Source of the DNA: Opitutaceae bacterium
Lineage (GTDB): Bacteria; Verrucomicrobiota; Verrucomicrobiia; Opitutales; Opitutaceae
Assembly: GCA_028822375.1 (NCBI GenBank)
Contig: JAPKDW010000001.1
Coordinates: 1,843 to 65,842 of the forward strand
Direction of reading: 5' to 3'
DNA: 64,000 nucleotides
Translations under genes and position numbers: made by a program
Part shown: one piece after another, positions 56,606 to 64,000 of the stretch
Layout of the letters: each line of letters begins with the position of its first letter
Position numbering within the stretch: position 1 is the stretch's first letter
The notes under the pieces: generated by a model
Seen by the model: the letters and a program-made list of their open reading frames with translations, nothing else
Database searches by the model: none
What the model was told of the DNA's origin: nothing

Positions 56606-57490
56606 TCAAATATCCAATATTCGAGCGAGCTCGAAAAAAGCGGTTTTTCCCCATTTTTCGGCAACAATCGACCGAATTCGGTCAATTTCAGAGTCCTCGC
56701 ATATGGCAAAGCAACTACTCCCGCTTCCCGACGTCAGACAAGCCGCTCCTGTTTCCGTCCTAATCGACTCCAGCAACAAGGGAATACTCGGATATTTTCG
56801 CCCAACGGCCCCATCAAAGCTATTCATCAACAGCGTTTCCAAGGAACGCTCTCCCCGTTTCCACTCTTCAAGTTTCGCCTCCGCTTCGGAAGCGCTCGCG
56901 TAATCCTGCGGCGCGACGGCTAGAGCTCCATATGCCCAAGCCGTCGAAATACCAAATCCAGGCTTAAATAAAACCACTGATCTTCCCGCTAGCGTTCGAA
57001 TGACATCACTACTCAATCGCTCGATCAATTCCCCGCGTCCACGCATTACCAACGGTTCCGGACGCAAAAACAGCGGACAATCCGACCCCAATTCCTCAGC
57101 AATACTCGTAAGTACCTTCAAATTATCGATATCGAACAACTTAGCTAGCCCACTAAGAACTGAAGATCCATTACTACTACCTCCACCAAGTCCAGCGCCA
57201 ATCGGTATACGTTTCTCTATCCGAATCTTAACCGAAGCCTCGACTCCAAATCGCTTCAAAAATCGATCCGCTGCCTGCCAAGCAATATTGGATTCGTCTA
57301 CCGGCAATGCCGCATTGCTTGTCGTCAAAACAATACCTGATCCGCCTCGACGCACACCTATACTAACCTGATCTCCAAATGACAAAGGAGCGACCAGACT
57401 CGTCAAACTATGAAACCCATCCTCCCGCTTACCCGTTATCGCAAGCGTCAGATTGATTTTCGCCGGACTGAAAACTTCGATTTCCGTCAT
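56606..57490 (-). CDS. ispE: 4-diphosphocytidyl-2-C-methyl-D-erythritol kinase
   Basis: SPAKINLTLAI and GHMP motif IPIGAGLGGGSSNGS. Start set at the ATG at 57490. Confidence 0.9.
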   Translation of the reverse strand: MTEIEVFSPAKINLTLAITGKREDGFHSLTSLVAPLSFGDQVSIGVRRGGSGIVLTTSNAALPVDESNIAWQAADRFLKRFGVEASVKIRIEKRIPIGAGLGGGSSNGSSVLSGLAKLFDIDNLKVLTSIAEELGSDCPLFLRPEPLVMRGRGELIERLSSDVIRTLAGRSVVLFKPGFGISTAWAYGALAVAPQDYASASEAEAKLEEWKRGERSLETLLMNSFDGAVGRKYPSIPLLLESIRTETGAACLTSGSGSSCFAICEDSEIDRIRSIVAEKWGKTAFFELARILDI

Positions 57491-57655
57491 TTTTTCCAAT
57501 GTAAACCACAACGCTGGTCTCGCGACTCGATACCGCAAGCCCGCAATTCTTCGGAAAACCAGTGGCTCAGTCCTCCCTTTCTCAAACAGATCCCAATTAC
57601 CCGCTATTTGCCTTTGCCAGCAGCTGCAAAAGACCAACAGTATCTCTCATAACCT

Positions 57656-58369
57656 ATGGCTACATCGCTAGAAACCACGAAAAACTGCCAACTCATTCTG
57701 GCTCTCGATATTGAAGATCGGACACAAGCGATCGAACTCGTCAAGCAGGCAGGCTACGAATTGGAATGGGTCAAGATCGGCCTCCAAATGTTTACCCGCT
57801 ACGGACCCGAGTACGTGCGTGAAATCGCCGGTCTCGGCAAACGTATCTTCTTGGATCTAAAGCTCCACGACATCCCCAACACAGTAGCCAAAGCGATTGC
57901 GTCCGTGAGCAACCTGCCCATCGACATGCTCACAATCCATACCTGCGGAGGCCGAGAAATGATGGAATGGGCCGTCAAAGCCCAACAAGAAAACAAACCC
58001 GACCTCCTACTTCTCGGCGTCACTGTCCTTACATCGATGGACGACGAAACCCTCGCCGAAATTGGCGTCAAACGGACAGCCGCCGAGCAAGTCTCCGCCC
58101 TTACAGCGCTCGCAAACAAAGCAGGCATGAGTGGTCTTGTTTGCTCCCCACACGAAGCGGCTAGCGTGAAAGCCACTCACGGCGACCAATTCAAACTCGT
58201 CACTCCAGGTATCCGCCCGGTCGGAGCAAATGCAGGCGACCAAAAACGGATCATGACTCCTCAGCTCGCAGCCGAACAAGGAGCCGACTACATCGTCGTC
58301 GGACGACCGATTTACCAAGCCAAGGATCCCGCAGCCGTGGTAGCCGCCATTCGCAACGACCTCGGATAG
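57656..58369 (+). CDS. pyrF: orotidine 5-prime-phosphate decarboxylase
   Basis: LILALDIED, WVKIGLQMF, DLKLHDIPNTV and VVGRPI motifs. Confidence 0.93.
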   Translation: MATSLETTKNCQLILALDIEDRTQAIELVKQAGYELEWVKIGLQMFTRYGPEYVREIAGLGKRIFLDLKLHDIPNTVAKAIASVSNLPIDMLTIHTCGGREMMEWAVKAQQENKPDLLLLGVTVLTSMDDETLAEIGVKRTAAEQVSALTALANKAGMSGLVCSPHEAASVKATHGDQFKLVTPGIRPVGANAGDQKRIMTPQLAAEQGADYIVVGRPIYQAKDPAAVVAAIRNDLG

Positions 58370-58414
58370 AGCCACAATTCGATTTCACGAGAAACAAACC
58401 GCACTGTCGCATTC

Positions 58415-59140
58415 ATGGAATCTACCTCGCCGTTCGCAGCCGCCATTCTCCTAGCTGGAGGATCAGGAACGCGCATGACCGATGCTACGACAGACAAGGT
58501 TCTCTTCCCGATAAAAGGTAAGCCAACCCTTCAGTACTCGATCGACGCATTCGCGGAATCCGAAGCCGTCGATTCGATTGTCATTGTCTATCGAGACGGA
58601 CAACAACGCCATGCAATGGAAGCCTTCATTCCTTCGGACAAATTTTCCAGTATCACGTGGGCGCAAGGAGGAGCAGAGCGACAAGATTCCGTTTGGGCCG
58701 GCTTATGCGTAACGCCCACTGATTGCGAAGTTGTCTTAATCCACGATGGAGCGCGGCCAATGGTCACGCCAACAACGATCGATGCCGTCGCCCAATCCGC
58801 GAAAGCAAATCAAGTCGCCTGCGTAGCCAAACGCGCAACCGATACAATCAAGCAAGCTACTCCCTCGGACAATGGATACACTCTCCGGACCCTCGATCGC
58901 TCGAACATCTGGTCGATGGAAACCCCGCAAGCATTTAAGTTTTCCCTAATCAAAGCCGCCTACAAAACGATCATCGCAAATGGCCAATCCATCACCGACG
59001 ATCTCTCGGCAATCGAGAAATCAGGCCAATCCGTCCAATTTATCGAAAATCCAATTCCTAACATCAAGATAACCACACCCAAAGACATCCCTCTCGCCGA
59101 GTACCTACTAACCTTAAAAGACCAATCGCCTACAGTCTAA
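58415..59140 (+). CDS. ispD: 2-C-methyl-D-erythritol 4-phosphate cytidylyltransferase
   Basis: AILLAGGSGTRM and VLIHDGARP motifs. Confidence 0.92.
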   Translation: MESTSPFAAAILLAGGSGTRMTDATTDKVLFPIKGKPTLQYSIDAFAESEAVDSIVIVYRDGQQRHAMEAFIPSDKFSSITWAQGGAERQDSVWAGLCVTPTDCEVVLIHDGARPMVTPTTIDAVAQSAKANQVACVAKRATDTIKQATPSDNGYTLRTLDRSNIWSMETPQAFKFSLIKAAYKTIIANGQSITDDLSAIEKSGQSVQFIENPIPNIKITTPKDIPLAEYLLTLKDQSPTV

Positions 59141-59151
59141 TAACCTAGAAA

Positions 59152-59643
59152 ATGTCCCATTTTCAAAACATCCGTATCGGCCAAGGCTACGACATCCACT
59201 GCTTTAAAGAAGGGCGCCCTATGATCCTAGGCGGCGTGAGTTTCGATACTCCATACGGCCTGGACGGCCACTCCGATGCCGACGTACTCACGCACGCGAT
59301 TTGCGACTCCCTACTAGGAGCCGCAGGACTACCGGATATCGGTCATTACTTTCCCAATACAGATCCAAAATACAAAAACATCGATTCTCAAGAGCTGCTT
59401 AAAGAAGTAGCTCAAGCAATCCGAAAAGAAGGATACGAAATCGGAAATATAGACGCCTCTCTAATCGCCGAAAAACCCAAGATTGCCCCGAGAGTAGATG
59501 AAATGAAAACGGTCCTAGCCCAAAGCGCAGGTATCCAAACCAACCAAATTGGAATCAAAGCCACCACCAACGAAGGCCTCGGTTCCCTAGGCCGAGGCGA
59601 AGGCGCTGCCGCACATGCGACCTGCTTGCTCGCGAAAATCTAA
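59152..59643 (+). CDS. ispF: 2-C-methyl-D-erythritol 2,4-cyclodiphosphate synthase
   Basis: RIGQGYDIH, GHSDADVLTHA and ATTNEGLG motifs. Confidence 0.95.
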   Translation: MSHFQNIRIGQGYDIHCFKEGRPMILGGVSFDTPYGLDGHSDADVLTHAICDSLLGAAGLPDIGHYFPNTDPKYKNIDSQELLKEVAQAIRKEGYEIGNIDASLIAEKPKIAPRVDEMKTVLAQSAGIQTNQIGIKATTNEGLGSLGRGEGAAAHATCLLAKI

Positions 59644-59645
59644 CG

Positions 59646-61211
59646 ATGTTCTCTAGATTCGGTCTTCATACAATTCTCGGCCTGCTATGTTTAGCGGTCT
59701 TCTTCGTCGGCTGTTCAAGCAAGAGCGAACCCCAAACTTCAAATACGCTTCGTATCGGAAATGGCGCCGAGCCAAATTCGCTCGACCCGCATGTAGCGAC
59801 AACCATAGCCGAAGCTCACATAGTAAACGCGCTATTCGAAGGACTCATTGCTGCTTCGCCCCACAACGACAAAGATATCGTTCCCGGAGTCGCCTCGAAT
59901 TGGGAAACGAACGAAACCTTTACTCGTTTCACATTCACCCTCCGGTCCGACGCTAAATGGTCCGACGGAACACCAGTCGTTTCTCAAGACTTTCTCAATG
60001 CCTACGAGCGCTTGTTAAATCCAAATTTCGGAGCCGCCAACGCTGCCTTCCTTTACGATCTTAAGAATGCAAAAGCATACAACGAAGACTCTCTTTCAAA
60101 CTTCGAAGAAGTAGGCGTAGCCACGCCCAATCCCCAGACCCTAGTTCTTACGTTAGAGAATCCAACGCTCCACTTTCTCCAAAAATTGAAACATTGGTCT
60201 TGGAGACCGATCCATCGTCCGAGTATCGAAGCTTCCGGCGGCTACCATGACATAGCCAACAATTGGGCGACTCACGCTCAATTCGTTTCAAACGGTCCCT
60301 ACTCGCTCGAAACCTGGAGACGAAACGAACGCATTGTTCTCATCGAGAACCCACACTATTGGGATGCTCAAAACGTATCCATTAGTTCCCTTCACTTCTA
60401 TCCGTTCGAAAACACTCAAACGGAATTTCGCGCTTTCCAGTCAGGCCAACTCGATATTACCGAAGAAATTCCAAGCGAGCAAATGGGTCGGAACCCGGAA
60501 AGCGAGCGCAATGACCCCGCCCTAGCGACAACCTATCTACTGCTGAACAATGAATCTCCTCGTCTAGACGATATCCGGTTGCGACAAGCGCTAAGCCAAG
60601 CGATCGACCGCAAACTCCTTATCCGAGCCATCGAAAAATCAGGACTCCCCGCAACTCGATTCACTCCCGGTTCCATGCCAGACTACGAAGCAGGCGACTT
60701 CGCAACCAACGACCAACCCGAAAAGGTAATCCTAACCGAACCGCTACAATTTCTAGTTTCGAATCGCGAATCCTCGATAGCCCTCGCAGAAGCCATGCAA
60801 GAAATGTGGCAACGAAAACTCGGCATCGAAATCCGCATCCAAAACATGGAGTTTAAATCTCTCCTGGCACGCTTGGACGCCGGCGACTACGATCTCAGCT
60901 ACTTAGCTTGGCACGGAGACTATATTGACCCGATGGCTTTCCTCGAAATCTGGCAAAGCGACAGTCATTTCAACCGAGCCCGCTGGAAGGAACCAAAGTT
61001 CGATGCCCTAATCAAAGCCGCCACGAAAACCGCTGACCCAGTAGACCGATTCGCAAAACTCGCCGAAGCCGAAACCTTGCTGGGAAAAGAATTACCCATT
61101 ATTCCCATTTTTTGGAAAACAAAAGACTATCTTATCAGTCCTAAAGTAAAACAGTGGCCTGCATCCTTAATAGATCTCCGCTCATACAAGGGCATAAAAT
61201 TATCGCAATGA
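59646..61211 (+). CDS. ABC transporter substrate-binding lipoprotein, family 5 (peptide/nickel, OppA/DppA-like)
   Basis: Lipobox LAVFFVGC. EPNSLDPH, WSDGTPV and ENPHYWD blocks typical of SBP family 5. Confidence 0.88.
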   Translation: MFSRFGLHTILGLLCLAVFFVGCSSKSEPQTSNTLRIGNGAEPNSLDPHVATTIAEAHIVNALFEGLIAASPHNDKDIVPGVASNWETNETFTRFTFTLRSDAKWSDGTPVVSQDFLNAYERLLNPNFGAANAAFLYDLKNAKAYNEDSLSNFEEVGVATPNPQTLVLTLENPTLHFLQKLKHWSWRPIHRPSIEASGGYHDIANNWATHAQFVSNGPYSLETWRRNERIVLIENPHYWDAQNVSISSLHFYPFENTQTEFRAFQSGQLDITEEIPSEQMGRNPESERNDPALATTYLLLNNESPRLDDIRLRQALSQAIDRKLLIRAIEKSGLPATRFTPGSMPDYEAGDFATNDQPEKVILTEPLQFLVSNRESSIALAEAMQEMWQRKLGIEIRIQNMEFKSLLARLDAGDYDLSYLAWHGDYIDPMAFLEIWQSDSHFNRARWKEPKFDALIKAATKTADPVDRFAKLAEAETLLGKELPIIPIFWKTKDYLISPKVKQWPASLIDLRSYKGIKLSQ

Positions 61212-62803
61212 ACATTACCAAATTAGTCCTAAGCCTTTCTCTATTTTCTTTCACTCCCTACCTATTCGCGACTCCTGCTGACGATGCGATAAAGAAGGGA
61301 ATCCTTCTTCTAGGCAACGGCAGCGAACCCCACAGCCTCGACCCTCACATCAATTCATCGATGAACGGGCATCACGTCATTATGAGTTTGATTGAAGGGC
61401 TCATTGCTCCACATCCCACCGATGACAGCTTACCGCATCCAGGAATTGCCTACAAATGGGAAAACGAGAGCAACACAGTTTGGACATTCCATCTTCGAGA
61501 TGCTAATTGGACCAATGGCGACCCAGTAACCGCCCACGATTTCATCTACGGATTCAAGCGAATTCTTTCGCCTCGGCTAGGCTCCCAATACGCGGAAATG
61601 CTATTCTCTATGGTAAATGCTAAAGCCTTCAATGAAGGAGAAATCACTAATTTCACCAAGGTCGGCGCCAAAGCTCTAAACGACCATACGCTCCAGATTA
61701 CTCTTAAGGATCCTATTCCCTATTTCTACAATATCATTAAACACACCTCTTGGTTTCCGGTCAACCAACGGACGGTCGAAAAACATGGAGAGATGGACGA
61801 TCCATCTAATAATTGGATACGGGAAGAATATGTGGGGAATGGTCCTTTCAAGCTTAAGAATTGGCAGATGAACCAAATTATAGAAGTCGAAAAGAATCCC
61901 GATTACTGGGACTCGGACTCTATAAAGCTACATGGCATCAAGTTTTTTCCCATTGTCAGCGAGAATACAGAAAATCAAATGTTCGACGCAGGCGCCCTTC
62001 ACCTCACTTACCAAGTACCGGCAGACCTCGTTCCTGTCTACCTCGAGAGGAAGGAGCCAACACTGAGAATCGATCCGTATCTCGGAACTTACTATTACGT
62101 CTTAAACGTCACTGTCCCGCCATTGGACAATCCTAAGGTACGTAAAGCCCTCAGTCTCGCAATTAATCGCAAATCGATCGTTCGACGCGTAACTCAGCGA
62201 GGCGAACTCCCCGCAACGAGTTTTACTCCCCCTGGAATATCCGGTTACACACCCGAGCCTATGGAAACGTTCAACCCTAAACGAGCTCGCGAATTATTGG
62301 CTGAAGCAGGGTATCCCGGAGGCGAGGGATTCCCTAAATTCACTCTTTTATTCAACACGCTTGAACGCCACAAAGCAATAGCCGAAGCCATCCAGCAAAT
62401 GTGGAATCAAATACTTGGGATAGATATTGAAATTCGAAATCAAGAATGGAAAGTTTTCATCGATACAGTAGCTGCAGGCGACTACCAGATCGCAAGGAAG
62501 GGCTGGATTGGAGACTACATGTACCCAGACACTTTTCTGCGAATCTTGAAGTCTGACAGTGGGCAAAACGACCCTAACTATTCGAATCCCGAATACGATT
62601 CACTCGTGGAGAGTTCCTACATGGAAAAAGACGATCGAAAACGACTTGATATCCTCGCCAAAGCCGAATCGATTATTCTCGATGAATTACCAATAATACC
62701 CATTTACTACTACGTCAAAGATCATCGCATCGATTTACGCGTCAAGGGTTGGCACCCAACTCCAATGGACGTTCGCAATTACAAGAACGTCTACTTCGAA
62801 TAG
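61208..62803 (+). CDS. ABC transporter substrate-binding protein, family 5 (paralogue of the preceding gene)
   Basis: EPHSLDPH, WTNGDPVTAHDF and KNPDYWD blocks. Start set at the ATG at 61208, in an ATGA overlap with the upstream stop. Confidence 0.88.
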   Translation: MNITKLVLSLSLFSFTPYLFATPADDAIKKGILLLGNGSEPHSLDPHINSSMNGHHVIMSLIEGLIAPHPTDDSLPHPGIAYKWENESNTVWTFHLRDANWTNGDPVTAHDFIYGFKRILSPRLGSQYAEMLFSMVNAKAFNEGEITNFTKVGAKALNDHTLQITLKDPIPYFYNIIKHTSWFPVNQRTVEKHGEMDDPSNNWIREEYVGNGPFKLKNWQMNQIIEVEKNPDYWDSDSIKLHGIKFFPIVSENTENQMFDAGALHLTYQVPADLVPVYLERKEPTLRIDPYLGTYYYVLNVTVPPLDNPKVRKALSLAINRKSIVRRVTQRGELPATSFTPPGISGYTPEPMETFNPKRARELLAEAGYPGGEGFPKFTLLFNTLERHKAIAEAIQQMWNQILGIDIEIRNQEWKVFIDTVAAGDYQIARKGWIGDYMYPDTFLRILKSDSGQNDPNYSNPEYDSLVESSYMEKDDRKRLDILAKAESIILDELPIIPIYYYVKDHRIDLRVKGWHPTPMDVRNYKNVYFE

Positions 62804-62847
62804 GTAAACGCACAAGAAATGCCCCTTCGAACGCAACGAATTCGAAT

Positions 62848-63765
62848 ATGTTGAGATTCATCCTCATTCGCTTAGGTCAAGCCATCCCGATCCTGCTGGC
62901 CATCTACACTATCACTTTCTTCATGGTAAGGGCCGCGCCAGGCGGGCCCTTCAGCCAAGAACGAAAAGTCGCTCCCCACATTCTCGAGCAACAAATGGAA
63001 TACTACGGATTCAACGACCCGACTTATATCCAATATTTCAGGACGCTCTGGCAGCACATATCCTTCGATTTCCCACCGCTTACCAGCTATCCGGGGTTAA
63101 CTTCAAAAGACATCATTCTAGACACATTCCCAGTTTCGCTTGAACTAGGCATACTCGCAATGTTCGTGGCAATCGCAATTGGACTACCCGTCGGCATCTT
63201 AGCTGCAGCAAAGAAGAACTCGCTACTCGACTACGCTCCAATGAGCTTCGCCATGATTGGCATTTGCCTCCCAACATTTGTGATAGGCCCCCTTCTAGCG
63301 CTGTTGCTCGGAGTCTGGCTCGGATGGCTCAATATTTCAGGCTGGTTCTCTTGGTCGGATCGAATTCTACCTGCGCTCACTCTGGGACTATTCTACGCCG
63401 CGTACATTGCCAGACTTACCCGAGGAGGAATGCTCGAAGCGCTAAACATGGACTACATTCGTTCGGCTCGAGCAAAAGGAGCATCCGAAAGAGCCGTTGT
63501 ACTCGTTCATGCGCTACGAGGTGGCATAATGCCGGTCATCTCTTTTTTCGGACCCGCCTTAGCCGGTCTCATTAGCGGATCATTCGTAGTGGAAACCATT
63601 TTCCAAGTACCAGGCCTAGGAAGGCACTTCATTCAAGCCGCTCTCAGTCGAGATCATTCGCTGATTCTGTCGACCGTTCTATTCTACGCAGCTCTCATCA
63701 TCATAGCCAATATGGTCGTCGACATTGCCCAGGTTATGCTAAACCCAAAACTTCGATACGGATGA
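62848..63765 (+). CDS. ABC transporter permease (OppB/DppB-like)
   Basis: MLRFILIRLGQAIPILL start and the EAA-like loop YIRSARAKGASERAV. Start set at the ATG at 62848. Confidence 0.9.
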   Translation: MLRFILIRLGQAIPILLAIYTITFFMVRAAPGGPFSQERKVAPHILEQQMEYYGFNDPTYIQYFRTLWQHISFDFPPLTSYPGLTSKDIILDTFPVSLELGILAMFVAIAIGLPVGILAAAKKNSLLDYAPMSFAMIGICLPTFVIGPLLALLLGVWLGWLNISGWFSWSDRILPALTLGLFYAAYIARLTRGGMLEALNMDYIRSARAKGASERAVVLVHALRGGIMPVISFFGPALAGLISGSFVVETIFQVPGLGRHFIQAALSRDHSLILSTVLFYAALIIIANMVVDIAQVMLNPKLRYG

Positions 63766-64000
63766 GCGTTCAAATTGAACTTGAAACCGAGGCTCAGCCT
63801 CGATCTCCATGGAAAGATGCTTGGTTTAAACTAAGCGAAAACCGATTGGCAATGATTGGCTTAGGGGTTTTCTTGATCATGGTGTCGCTTTGCTACGCAA
63901 GCCCACTCTTCTACCCCCATTCTCCCACCTTTCAGACCCTGTCCTTCGGAGCAACGCCACCCCTCACAATGGCTATTGAGGTTCGTTACGATGCGGAGGC
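63762..64000 (+). CDS. ABC transporter permease (OppC/DppC-like), 5-prime part; continues beyond the window
   Basis: ATGA overlap with the upstream stop. My own translation gives MSVQIELETEAQPRSPWKDAWFKLSENRLAMIGLGVFLIMV, a typical OppC N-terminus. Confidence 0.75.
   Translation, partial: MSVQIELETEAQPRSPWKDAWFKLSENRLAMIGLGVFLIMVSLCYASPLFYPHSPTFQTLSFGATPPLTMAIEVRYDAE

Noticed and set aside
1-64000. A screen for defence systems, prophage, integrases, transposases, toxin-antitoxin pairs, retron/DGR reverse transcriptases, and rRNA or tRNA genes.
   Set aside because: No ORF shows the corresponding catalytic motifs (DDE/RNase H, tyrosine recombinase RHRY context, YxDD reverse transcriptase, Cas signatures). 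No cloverleaf or rRNA-like segment was seen. The mobile-looking signal is limited to the small palindromic repeats.

Overview
The window reads as chromosomal DNA from a PVC-superphylum bacterium, most likely a marine Verrucomicrobiota (Opitutia-like) organism. This placement is an inference from a PSCyt/DUF1549/DUF1553 + DUF1501 gene pair, many Cys-type sulfatases, an ELSPF-type TonB-receptor N-terminus and a long GreA. There are three blocks. (1) 1-12.5 kb is housekeeping: the conserved minus-strand nusA-infB-rbfA-nrnA-truB-ribF-tlyA-nadK string, a DUF2851 gene and a PBP5-type carboxypeptidase. (2) About 12.7-48.4 kb is an accessory region for sulfated or acetylated glycan use. It holds four formylglycine-type sulfatases, two SGNH esterases and a sialate O-acetylesterase. 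It also holds a GMC oxidoreductase with a Tat-signal small subunit, a DUF1080 protein, two xylose-isomerase-like TIM barrels, two Gfo/Idh/MocA enzymes (one GH109-like), a sodium:solute symporter, a long NagB fused to an LmbE domain plus a free LmbE deacetylase, AraC and GntR/LacI-type regulators, and two apparent gene remnants. (3) 49-64 kb is housekeeping again: MFS, rsmB, long greA, an ArsR-methyltransferase fusion, ptsI, ispE, pyrF, ispD, ispF and the start of an Opp/Dpp-type peptide ABC transporter. I found no rRNA, tRNA, CRISPR array, transposase, integrase, phage genes or recognisable defence system. The signal least explained by the genes is a superfamily of GC-rich palindromic intergenic elements bounded by GTAGGG...CCCTAC. 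There are at least 10 copies in four arm families, one of them nested, and they are confined to the accessory block. Also notable are a terminator-like hairpin with a U9 tract placed 17 nt upstream of the nusA start codon, and an accessory region that relies on redox/elimination-type enzymes rather than classical glycoside hydrolases. All functional calls rest on motif recognition by eye. No database search was run.
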